Virus record (IMG/VR): IMGVR_UViG_3300025387_000018
Span: 1,579 to 65,578 of that record
DNA from: a virus
Taxonomy: Duplodnaviria; Caudoviricetes
DNA: 64,000 bases
Direction: 5' to 3' (one strand)
Numbering within the stretch: the stretch's first letter is position 1; each line of letters starts with the position of its first letter. Below the pieces are notes generated by a model, which did no database searches, had not been told where the DNA came from, and was given only the letters and a program-made list of their open reading frames with translations. Below, piece after piece: positions 16,537-25,963 of this stretch. A program made the position numbers and the translations under genes.

Positions 16537-17463
16537 ATGGACTTCAAGTCACTTAAATCATCATCAGGTTCAAAGTCACTAAACGCTCTAACAGAAGAAC
16601 TCAATAAGATTTCTAACCAAGAAGGTGGAGGAAAGAAAGGCGATGATCGCTTTTGGACTCCCACAGTTGATAAGGCTGGTAATGGTTATGCTGTTCTTCG
16701 TTTTCTACCCGCTCCCCCAAATGAGGATGTTCCTTTTATCCGCATGTTCGATCATGGTTTCCAGGGACCAGGTGGCTGGTATATTGAAAACTCACTAACA
16801 ACTATTGGTAAACAGGATCCAGTTTCTGAGTATAATTCTAAACTCTGGAACTCGACAACTGACGACAAATCACCAGAGCGTGAACAAGCTCGTAAACAGA
16901 AGCGTCGTCTTCACTTTGTTAGCAATGTTTATATTGTTCAGGATCAAGCAAATCCTTCCAACGAAGGTAAGGTTTTCTTGTTTAAGTATGGTAAGAAAAT
17001 CTTTGATAAGTTGAAGGAAGCAATGGAGCCACAGTTTGAGGACGAAACTCCAATGAATCCATTTGATCTTTGGGCAGGCGCTAACTTCAAACTCAAGATC
17101 CGTAATGTTGAAGGTTATCGTAACTATGATAAGTCAGAGTTTGGTAAGTCAGAGCCATTACTTCAGAACGATTCTGAACTCGAGAAGGTATGGAATTCTG
17201 AACATTCGTTGAAGGCATTCCTTGATCCTTCTAATTTCAAGAGCTACGAAGAACTAAAGGCCAAGTTGGTTAAGGTTCTTTCCGGTGAGACTTCTCTTAA
17301 GATTAAGAAGGCAGAAGAGGAGGATGTTCCTTGGTCACGTTCAGAGGAAGCACCAACTCTTAAGGCAAAGTCAGCTCCATCTTTTGAATCTGCAAAGGTT
17401 GGTGGTATGACTGATGACGACGACGATGAGTCGTTGGAATTCTTTAAGAGCCTCGCTGGCTAA
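16537..17463 (+). CDS. gp32: single-stranded DNA-binding protein
   Basis: DDRFW.P.VDK.GNGYAV.RFLP, HGFQGPGGWYIENSLTT, acidic C-tail. Confidence 0.97.
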   Translation: MDFKSLKSSSGSKSLNALTEELNKISNQEGGGKKGDDRFWTPTVDKAGNGYAVLRFLPAPPNEDVPFIRMFDHGFQGPGGWYIENSLTTIGKQDPVSEYNSKLWNSTTDDKSPEREQARKQKRRLHFVSNVYIVQDQANPSNEGKVFLFKYGKKIFDKLKEAMEPQFEDETPMNPFDLWAGANFKLKIRNVEGYRNYDKSEFGKSEPLLQNDSELEKVWNSEHSLKAFLDPSNFKSYEELKAKLVKVLSGETSLKIKKAEEEDVPWSRSEEAPTLKAKSAPSFESAKVGGMTDDDDDESLEFFKSLAG

Positions 17464-17490
17464 AAGAAGGGAGCTTCGGCTCCCTTTTTT
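17463..17490. terminator. bidirectional intrinsic terminator with UUCG tetraloop
   Basis: AAAGAA-GGGAGC-TTCG-GCTCCC-TTTTTT between convergent genes. Confidence 0.9.
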
Positions 17491-17491
17491 A

Positions 17492-20158
17492 TTATGCTAA
17501 TTTACCTTTGGGACTACCGACCATAGCAAAAATTTTCTCTAAAGATGGTAACCAAACTGGAGAAGCATGGAAGTTGTCAATATAATTCTTTGAAATTTCT
17601 GTACCATTACCATGCGCATTAAATGTATTAAATGGATTTGTGTAACTTGGCTGAGCAGCACTGTTACTTCTTTCGTTTTCTTCTCTATTAGGTTGTTGTT
17701 GATTGAACATTGGCAATGGTCCAAGCATATCAGCACTTCTAGAAACACCACCTTGCATTTCTGCTGCTTGTGCGCTTCCTGCTCCAAATAACTCACCAAC
17801 CAAATTACCAATCATTGGGATAGCCATATTCATTATGCCACCCATACCACCCATTCCTCCCATGCCACCCATCATTCCCATCATATTAGACATACCACCC
17901 ATTGGCATATTCATAGATGGAGTCATTGGTGGTTGTTGTACTGGAGCAGCAGAACCGCCAGACATTGCTGTTGATTGGTTTGTATCTGTTGCTCCGGAAG
18001 TTTGGTCTGCTCCTTCATGACCAGAACTTCCTCCACCAATTTGTGCATGTAAATGATTAAAATGTCCGCCAGATCTCCAGATGACCTTATAACCAGCTGC
18101 TCTTAATTGTTCTGCAAGAGCATCAAATTTCTTACCCCATACTGGATCATTTGCCTCTACTGTTCCTGGAGGTCCATTTACGTCTATTGCTTCGCCTCTA
18201 TAATGAGCACTGTTTTTAGCATGCCCTCCAGCTTTCACTCCTCCGAAAGATGGATGTTCAGAAACATTAATTCCTTGACCTTGTAGATATTTACCAAGAG
18301 CAACAATGTCTCCAGATGGAACAGAACCTTTCGCTGATTCTTTTTGTCTGGATTCGCTTGATAATATAGGACTTGATTGTGGTGTGGCTGTGGCAGCTGC
18401 CGGTGTTTCTGTTCTTCCAGAAGTTGCTGATGGTAAAGCAGCAAGAGATGCAGAAGTAGGCATTTTCTGACCAGTAGAAGCTCCCATACCAAATTTACTT
18501 GCAGCATCATGAGATACTTCTTTTCCGGAAGCAAACGCTTCAGGAGAAGTTTTACTAACAGTTTTTTCTAATGAATTAATATAACTTCTGTTTGTTGCCA
18601 TATCCTTTCCAGGATTCTTTGGCCTCTCGAAGTCAGTAACGAAAGCATCAGCTGCAGCTCCAGTATCAGCATATTTTTTACTGAGATATGTTTTCATATC
18701 TCCTTCAGTCATAGCATAATCAATTTGACCTTTCCAATTTTTTTGCCAATTGGGACCAGCTGCAGCCACCATCTTCGAAAATCTATCAGCATGATGTTGG
18801 AATAATCCACCTGAGGTGCCATTATCTCCAATTATACCAGAATTAAACCCTGATTCTCTTTGTATATTTGCTAATATACCCATAGCATGAGTTTTGTCGA
18901 TACCTTTTGATGTTAGATAATCGAATATTTCTTTTGCCATTACAGGATTGCTAATGCTTTTCTCTGCTATTGGCCCAGCTGCTCCGGAAGCAGATGAGCC
19001 AGATCTATTACCAGTTAGTGTGTCTACCTTTTCCTTTACCCAATCTTTTGCAGACTCAAACCAACCTTTTTCTTCTTTCTTTTCTGGAACTTTCTGTGCG
19101 TCTTTTACGCTAGATGAAACTTCAGCACCACCAAACATATTCATGCTTTTATAAAGGTATTTGCCGAGCATCTCACCACCTTGAGCTCCAGTCAAACCAC
19201 CAGCAAAAGTTCCAAGTGGTCCACCAGAACTACCCAAAATAGCACCCAAAGTCCCACCAATTGCAGAACCAATACCAGCTGATATTGCTTCGCCTGGACT
19301 AGAGCCAGAACTTATACTGTCCATGGCAACGAGGCCAGTAGCAATTAAAGCACCAACTCCCGGTATTCCTTTTATGCCTGCTTTTAATACAGATTTTGTT
19401 CCACCAAGAACACCTTTGAATATTGCTTTGGCAGATGCTGTTTTTGAAACAGTTTTACCACCAGCCCCCCAATCACCAGCAGCTTGCTGTAATAGTTCTG
19501 TCTCAGAACCTGCCATAGATGCTGCAGCGCCAGCGCCAATAGCAGTGGCAGCACCGGCAGCACTCTTAACACCACCACCAAAGAATCTTGATAGTAATCC
19601 TTTTCCTTTACCAAGACCTTTTCTGCCCGATTTTCTGCCATAATTGTTGACTTCAATATCTGGTTTACCAAATAATTTATCCCAAATAGATTCTTTACCA
19701 CCAATTCCATCTTCTAAATTTTTGAGATCTTTATCAATATCATGTAATTCATCATATAATCTGTCAGTGTCAGCCTGTCTACCTTTATTCATTTTAACAA
19801 GTTCAGATAGTATTCTGTTTTGAACATCTAATGTTTTCTGCATTAGATCATTATTGGTGTTGGTTACATTGGCAATCTTATCAATTGACTTTTCGTTCTT
19901 CTTTTCTTTTTGTTCTAATTTTGTAATGTATTCTTTTTGTTCTTTGACTACAGAAGTAAGGTCTTTTAGTGCTGATATTGTGGAGGCGTCAATGTTTCTG
20001 GCAGCTCTTCTTGAAGCAGATTCTTCTTTTTGTATTTTTTTGTTATCTTCTTCGAACTGCTTCAGTGCTTGTTGAAGTTGTAATTGTCCAGGAGTTGGTG
20101 GGACATCACCAATCGGAACAAATTCACCTGGATTTATTTGACCTTGTTTCCTAGCCAT
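17492..20158 (-). CDS. tape-measure / baseplate-hub (gp29-position) protein with phage tail-lysozyme and M15-like peptidase domains
   Basis: coiled-coil N-terminus, Gly/Ala-rich helices, GILANIQRESGFN...GLFQH, H-x6-D...HxH; downstream of gp26/51. Confidence 0.75.
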   Translation of the reverse strand: MARKQGQINPGEFVPIGDVPPTPGQLQLQQALKQFEEDNKKIQKEESASRRAARNIDASTISALKDLTSVVKEQKEYITKLEQKEKKNEKSIDKIANVTNTNNDLMQKTLDVQNRILSELVKMNKGRQADTDRLYDELHDIDKDLKNLEDGIGGKESIWDKLFGKPDIEVNNYGRKSGRKGLGKGKGLLSRFFGGGVKSAAGAATAIGAGAAASMAGSETELLQQAAGDWGAGGKTVSKTASAKAIFKGVLGGTKSVLKAGIKGIPGVGALIATGLVAMDSISSGSSPGEAISAGIGSAIGGTLGAILGSSGGPLGTFAGGLTGAQGGEMLGKYLYKSMNMFGGAEVSSSVKDAQKVPEKKEEKGWFESAKDWVKEKVDTLTGNRSGSSASGAAGPIAEKSISNPVMAKEIFDYLTSKGIDKTHAMGILANIQRESGFNSGIIGDNGTSGGLFQHHADRFSKMVAAAGPNWQKNWKGQIDYAMTEGDMKTYLSKKYADTGAAADAFVTDFERPKNPGKDMATNRSYINSLEKTVSKTSPEAFASGKEVSHDAASKFGMGASTGQKMPTSASLAALPSATSGRTETPAAATATPQSSPILSSESRQKESAKGSVPSGDIVALGKYLQGQGINVSEHPSFGGVKAGGHAKNSAHYRGEAIDVNGPPGTVEANDPVWGKKFDALAEQLRAAGYKVIWRSGGHFNHLHAQIGGGSSGHEGADQTSGATDTNQSTAMSGGSAAPVQQPPMTPSMNMPMGGMSNMMGMMGGMGGMGGMGGIMNMAIPMIGNLVGELFGAGSAQAAEMQGGVSRSADMLGPLPMFNQQQPNREENERSNSAAQPSYTNPFNTFNAHGNGTEISKNYIDNFHASPVWLPSLEKIFAMVGSPKGKLA

Positions 20159-20161
20159 TCT

Positions 20162-20347
20162 TTACCTTTGTGCGTTTCTTGTTTTTTCTTCTTGTTCTTT
20201 AATAAACATCGACAACATATCTATATAAATGTCACGCTCAAATGGTATAAGATCTTCAATTTCGCTTATTGAATATTTATGATGTTGTGCTAAACTGAAT
20301 ACTGTTGAATAATAGTTATGCAATGTATTGTGGTTTAGCGCAAGGTA
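20162..20347 (-). CDS. gp51: gp51-like C-terminal segment with no own start codon; probably made as a -1 frameshift fusion to gp26-like
   Basis: hand-translated YLALNHNTLHNYYSTVFSLAQHHKYSISEIEDLIPFERDIYIDML...; -1 frame relative to the upstream ORF. Confidence 0.75.
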   Translation of the reverse strand, partial: YLALNHNTLHNYYSTVFSLAQHHKYSISEIEDLIPFERDIYIDMLSMFIKEQEEKTRNAQR

Positions 20348-21045
20348 AAAAAATCGTTTAACGAACTTAATACAATTTCTCTATCATGCTCCAAAGAATT
20401 CTTATATTTGATTGTGTGTTTCATCGCCGGAAGATTTACCAAAAACTCTCTGATTTTATCAAAAGTTTTAACGTCTAGATCTTCAAGAAACTCTCTGATT
20501 TGTTCTAGTTTATAATCTTTTGACTCATAAACATTCTCGCCATCATAGATTTTATCGATACAACGGACAATCAACTCGAAAATGTAATCTTTTTCTGAAT
20601 TGATAAAATCTTTATCATCATACAAACTGGCTGCAGGATATTTCAGAACAACACCAGAAGTTTTTGTCACTTCAATTTTATTGCTTACGTCTTTCGGGAA
20701 TTCAACTTCAACTGCATTGAGATCTACACTGAACTCATAAACCTTATCATCTTCAAAATCTTTGTATGCAACTTTAACAACGTTATCTACTGACATGGCA
20801 CGTAGTTTTAAGAACACGTATTCCAAATCAAAAATAGCAACAGAATCCACATCAAATTTATCATCGACAGAACAATTATTTACCACTTGTTTAATGGCCT
20901 GCAACACATCAGATGGAGTATCGCTTTCTTTGGCTATCAATAATAGTTTCTCTTCTTTTACTAAAAATGGTCTGAACTTAAACCCTTTATTCAAAGAAGG
21001 TATTTTAATAACATTAATTGGATATGAAATTTTTGGTAAAGACAT
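20335..21045 (-). CDS. gp26: baseplate hub assembly protein (T4_baseplate family)
   Basis: MSLPKI, FRPFLVKEEK.LL.A, FD.EY.FL.LRA.S, ends LNDFF. Confidence 0.85.
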   Translation of the reverse strand: MSLPKISYPINVIKIPSLNKGFKFRPFLVKEEKLLLIAKESDTPSDVLQAIKQVVNNCSVDDKFDVDSVAIFDLEYVFLKLRAMSVDNVVKVAYKDFEDDKVYEFSVDLNAVEVEFPKDVSNKIEVTKTSGVVLKYPAASLYDDKDFINSEKDYIFELIVRCIDKIYDGENVYESKDYKLEQIREFLEDLDVKTFDKIREFLVNLPAMKHTIKYKNSLEHDREIVLSSLNDFFTLR

Positions 21046-21077
21046 TATAAATCTCCATGATTATTAATTCATACAAG

Positions 21078-21758
21078 TTAAGGTGTAGTTGGACTCAAAG
21101 AAGTGCCTTGAGTGAATAGAGCTGGAGGAACAGTTGAAGGTGGAGTTGATACAGTTGACACTCCCTGTTCCGGAGTTGAGAATCCAGCTCCCTCTATGGT
21201 CATCTCTTTGAAAGATAGACCTACTGTTATTCTTAACAATTGATTGTTGTTTCCCCAATTCAGTTGCATGTCATTGATGGAAATTGGAAAAGCATCATAC
21301 ATGTTAATCGTCTGAGAAACGTTACCATAATTATCAAATACTTCAATGGTTATTTTGGTGGAATATTTCTCTTTGTATTCTAATTCATAAGTTGGTAATT
21401 TATTCGTCACGCCAACAACATTATCGGCGCCACCAAAATCAAAAATAGAATTAATCCACAAATACCAGAAAGACCAGATATCTCCACGACCATCAGATAT
21501 GAAAGAAATAACATTGTCAGTGTAGGCTCCGGAGAAAGGCATTGCTTGTTTTACGCCAATACCATGTCTGAATACATCGCTGCTTTGTAATGTTATCCCA
21601 GGAGCTTTCACTGATTCAGCTCTGAAAGTAAGCAACTCTGGTATGTTATTACTTACGCCTTGCATTGTATTAGGAGGAGCAATAGTAACTTTAAAACGGT
21701 TATTCTGAAGATAACCATTTTTTTCTATATTTGATCTAAAGCTATCTACATTAAACAT
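21078..21758 (-). CDS. gp54: tail-tube initiator / gp19-like paralogue
   Basis: NRF.V.I, FRAES...PG, W...I, Y...AFP..I....L.W. Confidence 0.65.
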   Translation of the reverse strand: MFNVDSFRSNIEKNGYLQNNRFKVTIAPPNTMQGVSNNIPELLTFRAESVKAPGITLQSSDVFRHGIGVKQAMPFSGAYTDNVISFISDGRGDIWSFWYLWINSIFDFGGADNVVGVTNKLPTYELEYKEKYSTKITIEVFDNYGNVSQTINMYDAFPISINDMQLNWGNNNQLLRITVGLSFKEMTIEGAGFSTPEQGVSTVSTPPSTVPPALFTQGTSLSPTTP

Positions 21759-22382
21759 TTAAAACTTTCTTATTGAATCTTTATAGACTTGATCAATGCT
21801 TACACTAATTGTTGAACCGCCTGGAGCACTCTTAACGAATTTCTGAGTAGGTAGCATCAACGCTATATTCCATTCATCAGGTGCAATATACAGAAAATTA
21901 GACCTAACATGCCCAAAAAGATATCTCTTTATACATGGTTTGAAATAAGCATATCTCTTCACAGAGCTTAATATGTCATAAGATATTCTCAATTTGGTTG
22001 TTTTGTTCTGTTTGTTATTATTTATAGTGTCATACAGAGCATCCATCAATTTTGCTCTGGCTCCTGGTGGTAAATAATGTAAGTTCAAACCAAGAAACCC
22101 ATCATTGTAGTATTCAATTGGGAATATCAAAGGATACATGTCATAATATGGTAGTTTATCTTTAGTTTTAGGATCATAGACAAACATATACATTTTGCCG
22201 ACAGAAGTCTCAGAAAGTTTCAATATTCTTTTGAATGGTTCTTTGGTGTCTATTAGTTTTTCTGTATCGACGCTCTGAACACCTAATGCCATTTTGCGGA
22301 ACCAGTCGACTGAGTTCTTGGCATCAGCAGTTAATTTTACGTTAGATTGATTTAATAAGTTCTGGAACGTGACTGATGGCAT
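21759..22382 (-). CDS. gp2: DNA end protector protein
   Basis: GKMYMF.YDPKTK.KLPYYD.YPL.F, GFLGLNLHYLP. Confidence 0.95.
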   Translation of the reverse strand: MPSVTFQNLLNQSNVKLTADAKNSVDWFRKMALGVQSVDTEKLIDTKEPFKRILKLSETSVGKMYMFVYDPKTKDKLPYYDMYPLIFPIEYYNDGFLGLNLHYLPPGARAKLMDALYDTINNNKQNKTTKLRISYDILSSVKRYAYFKPCIKRYLFGHVRSNFLYIAPDEWNIALMLPTQKFVKSAPGGSTISVSIDQVYKDSIRKF

Positions 22383-22408
22383 TTATGATCCGCTGGTTGA
22401 ATTCATGG

Positions 22409-22416
22409 TATTTATA
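22409..22416 (-). promoter_or_regulatory. T4-type late promoter
   Basis: TATAAATA on the minus strand between gp4 and gp2. Confidence 0.7.
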
Positions 22417-22848
22417 TTAGAATTTGATCCCTAACTCGTGTTCTGTCATAATGATAAAATTCCAACCACGGTCTTTGCAGTATTCATCTGCAGCTTTCCA
22501 TTTGGCTTGATTTTTACCCCAAGTAACAACCTCATTAATGTATCTTCTCGTTGGTTTGCTGATAACTTCTGGTGGTTTTGTCTGGCTATATGGTTTGACT
22601 TCAATCAATATAACATCACCATTTGATTTTTTAATCCAAAAGTCAGGAAAATATCTGTGTATTTTGTTGTCTATCGGTGATCTATAAGGTATAATAATTT
22701 CTTCCGAAGACCATTGCACAATTTGTGGATCATCATCTAAACGACTCATCAGTTTCAATTCCCAACGCGAACGGTATATTATATTAGTTGGGTCTCCTTT
22801 GTATTTGTTTGGGTTTTTTGGCTTAAAATGACCTTTATATGTTGGCAT
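22417..22848 (-). CDS. gp4: head completion nuclease (TnsA-like)
   Basis: YKG.FKP.NP.KY.GD...I.YRS.WE, WSSEE..IPY, HRYFPDF, IEVKP. Confidence 0.95.
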   Translation of the reverse strand: MPTYKGHFKPKNPNKYKGDPTNIIYRSRWELKLMSRLDDDPQIVQWSSEEIIIPYRSPIDNKIHRYFPDFWIKKSNGDVILIEVKPYSQTKPPEVISKPTRRYINEVVTWGKNQAKWKAADEYCKDRGWNFIIMTEHELGIKF

Positions 22849-22866
22849 ACAATCTCTCAAACTTTA

Positions 22867-22892
22867 TATAAATAAAATATAAAATATTTATA
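22867..22892. promoter_or_regulatory. pair of opposed T4-type late promoters
   Basis: TATAAATA on + at 22867-74 and on - at 22892-85. Confidence 0.75.
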
Positions 22893-22902
22893 GAGGGTAT
22901 TA

Positions 22903-23553
22903 ATGGCCACCTTTCCATCAGACATTAAAAGTTTAAATTATTATATGTCATTTCAGTTTTCACAGTATCAAAGAGGTTCCATTGCACAGGGGGCACAAAT
23001 AGTTGCCGGTGGTGGAGAAACTTGTGTGTTGCCTATGCCAGAAAAAATCAACGATCATCCAACTGTTGATTGGACTCCTAAGAGTTTTGGCGAAGATATA
23101 ATGTCAAAGACTCCAGCAATTGTTTCATCAGTTGCTCAGATTGCTGGATACCTTGAAGGTTCCATACCAAATCCATTTTTAGTTATGTTATTCAAATCTC
23201 CTGCGTTTAAAAAGTTTACTTTCTCTTGGACATTGGCGCCGAAAAACTCAGACGAAACAGATAGTTTGGATTCTATCATAAAACAATTCAGAAAAAGCAT
23301 GCAGCCACGTAAAGGTGGTAATTTTGCTGGAACTAATGGAGCAACTCTTGGATATCCGGATGTTGTTACAGTTAAATTTATACCTCAAGATAAGTTATTC
23401 AGTTTCAAGCCATGTGTTATTGAGTCTATTGATGTTGATTATACTGGAGCAGGAATGCCAGCATTTTTTAAATCATCAAAGGGTCCAGCCCAGGTAAAAT
23501 TGAGAGTCAATTTAACTGAAATTGAATATTGGACTCAAGAAGATCTTGCTTAA
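22903..23553 (+). CDS. gp48: baseplate tail-tube cap
   Basis: LPMP, NP....F..P.F..F.F.W.L.P.N..E, YP, F..CV...I.VDY, L.L.E. Confidence 0.8.
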   Translation: MATFPSDIKSLNYYMSFQFSQYQRGSIAQGAQIVAGGGETCVLPMPEKINDHPTVDWTPKSFGEDIMSKTPAIVSSVAQIAGYLEGSIPNPFLVMLFKSPAFKKFTFSWTLAPKNSDETDSLDSIIKQFRKSMQPRKGGNFAGTNGATLGYPDVVTVKFIPQDKLFSFKPCVIESIDVDYTGAGMPAFFKSSKGPAQVKLRVNLTEIEYWTQEDLA

Positions 23554-23565
23554 TAAGGTAAAATA

Positions 23566-24732
23566 ATGTCAGAAAAATATTTCGAAAAATTTAATAAAAT
23601 AACTTATGCAAACACTCAAGCTGTTGATATAACAGAGCGTGTTGTGTTTACTGACAACACATTAAAGAATCCATTTGTTTATTATCTTGATGATATTTCT
23701 GGCGGCGAAAGAGCAGATCAACATGCTTACAATACATATCAAGATTCTTATTATAGCTGGTTATTATATTTAACAAATCAAGTAACAGATCCTTATTATG
23801 ATTGGTATATGAAAGAAAATGATTTCTATTCTTTTATTAATTTAAAATATGGTTCAATTGATGTTGCTCAATCAAAAACAAAATTCTATAGAAATAATTG
23901 GTTTTCCTCTGAAACTATATCAGTGAGCGAATACGATGCTCTTCCACCAACGTTATTAAAATATTGGCAAGCACAATATACTCTAAGCGGAAGTATTTTG
24001 AATTATAAAAGAAAACAAGACGATACAACTATAAACACCAACAACATTGTTGCATATCCTGTTAGTAATACTAATTTCGTTGCAGATGAAATTGTTAAAG
24101 TTTACTATGATGCAAACACAACAGGTCAGGGTCAAGTAGTATTCGCTAATAATGGATATGTTTATATACAACATACTTCTGGATTCACAGTAGGTAATAA
24201 ACTATCAATATCAGCAAATACTGCTGGTTATGATGGAAGTACTGCTACTATATTTTTAGCTAATTCAGATTTAATATTTGATATTAATGAACAAATATAT
24301 TATGAGGTACCAACAGGAAATACAGCCCTATCAGCGCTGACTGCTAATACTTATTATTATGTTGTGGCTGCCAATAGTTCTGGTTTTAGTCTTTCGACAT
24401 ACTTAGGTGGACCAAAAGTCGGTCTAAATGATATAAGAACAACTTCAGAAGTTCATCATTTTATTCCACCATACGTAAAGTCAAATTTGTATGGCTATGC
24501 TTATATAACAAACAACAGTTATATTTATGGAACAGAAAGTAACGTAAATACTGCTATATACTCTTCTTCTTATTATGCTCAGAATTTACTACCAGAGGAA
24601 GTTACTTATTTTTCTCCTGTAACATATTATGATTATGAAAATGAAAAAAATGAATACAACAAATCAATTAAAGTAGTTCAACCACAATACGCTAAACAGG
24701 TAGCAACAACACTCAAAGGATTACTGAAGTAA
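23566..24732 (+). CDS. gp53: baseplate wedge subunit with internal insertion
   Basis: YF..F..I.Y, GERAD..A...Y.D....WL..L.N...DPY.DW, C-terminal YE...NE..K.I. Confidence 0.85.
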   Translation: MSEKYFEKFNKITYANTQAVDITERVVFTDNTLKNPFVYYLDDISGGERADQHAYNTYQDSYYSWLLYLTNQVTDPYYDWYMKENDFYSFINLKYGSIDVAQSKTKFYRNNWFSSETISVSEYDALPPTLLKYWQAQYTLSGSILNYKRKQDDTTINTNNIVAYPVSNTNFVADEIVKVYYDANTTGQGQVVFANNGYVYIQHTSGFTVGNKLSISANTAGYDGSTATIFLANSDLIFDINEQIYYEVPTGNTALSALTANTYYYVVAANSSGFSLSTYLGGPKVGLNDIRTTSEVHHFIPPYVKSNLYGYAYITNNSYIYGTESNVNTAIYSSSYYAQNLLPEEVTYFSPVTYYDYENEKNEYNKSIKVVQPQYAKQVATTLKGLLK

Positions 24733-24733
24733 T

Positions 24734-25963
24734 ATGGCTGTTCCTGGTGACGTAGATGTTCAGTTCAAAATAGGAAATATTGATACTAGTGGTTTAGTAT
24801 TGATGGGATGTAACGTATATGAAAGTTGCATTGATCATCACACATATGCTGATATAACTGTGCTTGATTCAAATGATGCTCTTGGGCAAGGGCAATTATC
24901 TGGTGACGAAGAAGTAAGTATAAACATCGATGTTCCTGGAGGAAACGGTCAAGGTGCCAATTTCAAATTAGCACTGTTACAAAATGCTGATATGAAACAC
25001 ACTGGTGCAAACAAAGCAAAAATATATCAATTACGTTGTTGTTCTCCGGAACTTTTGAAATCAAGATCAAAAGCAGTAAACAAGAGCTATAATGATCAGA
25101 CTTCTAACATAGTTAAAGACGTTGTTGAAAATTATTGGGGTTCGGATAAACAATTAAATGTAGAACAAGAGACTAAAGGTAAACAAAGAATCCTAGGTAA
25201 CAGTAGGAATCCTCATGAATTTATAAAAAGTTTGCATAATAGACATGTTTCTCAAAATTATGAAGAGGATGGTTCATGTTTTTCTTTGTTTGAGCGTAGA
25301 AACAATGGGGAACAAGAAATAGTATTCACAACATTCAAAAAAATGATGGACAAAGATATGGGTATTGGATTTGAATACACCCAAGATCCATCAGTTGGTA
25401 ATAAAACAACAACATCTGGAGACGACTACAAGAACATTATAAATTTTAATGTGCCTGCTTCTTTCTTTACTCCTTACAGATACAATGCAGCTTCTGGTAG
25501 AAATTCATACAATCTTGCTTCAGGTAAACAACAAAAAGAAGACAATGAATTTAAAGATTTTCAATTACCAACCGCTAACCAATCTCCAATAAGAAAAGAA
25601 AAACAAACAACTAACGAACCACAAAAAGACCAAAAAGATCAATTATATACTTTTGTTGATCCTGCAAACGATAAAGAACAAACTTATATTACGCAGTCTA
25701 AATCATACAAGCAAGCAATGATTGCACGTTTACAGAATGATACAGGAGTTATGGAAGTAAATGGTAATCCAGATATAACTGTTGGTAAAACTATGAAATT
25801 GAATATTCCAAATAAATCAGATGGCGCTAGTGGCGGCGACCAAGAAAAACAAATTACTGCTAAAGTTTTGGCGTTAAGAGTTAAACATATGATAAAACCA
25901 GCTGGTCAAGTTCCAAGATATACTACAGTTGTTGAATTCATGAAAGGTGGGTTTGATGAATAA
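24734..25963 (+). CDS. baseplate hub-like (gp27-position) protein
   Basis: synteny between gp53 and gp5; YES, L.G.E, L...I.G.P...VG..L motifs. Confidence 0.6.
   Translation: MAVPGDVDVQFKIGNIDTSGLVLMGCNVYESCIDHHTYADITVLDSNDALGQGQLSGDEEVSINIDVPGGNGQGANFKLALLQNADMKHTGANKAKIYQLRCCSPELLKSRSKAVNKSYNDQTSNIVKDVVENYWGSDKQLNVEQETKGKQRILGNSRNPHEFIKSLHNRHVSQNYEEDGSCFSLFERRNNGEQEIVFTTFKKMMDKDMGIGFEYTQDPSVGNKTTTSGDDYKNIINFNVPASFFTPYRYNAASGRNSYNLASGKQQKEDNEFKDFQLPTANQSPIRKEKQTTNEPQKDQKDQLYTFVDPANDKEQTYITQSKSYKQAMIARLQNDTGVMEVNGNPDITVGKTMKLNIPNKSDGASGGDQEKQITAKVLALRVKHMIKPAGQVPRYTTVVEFMKGGFDE

Noticed and set aside
17539-20075. Plus-strand ORFs opposite the tape-measure gene, and similar antisense ORFs over the fibre genes
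   Set aside because: They are shadow frames of Gly/Ala/Thr-rich coding (Pro-rich translations) with no RBS or motifs.
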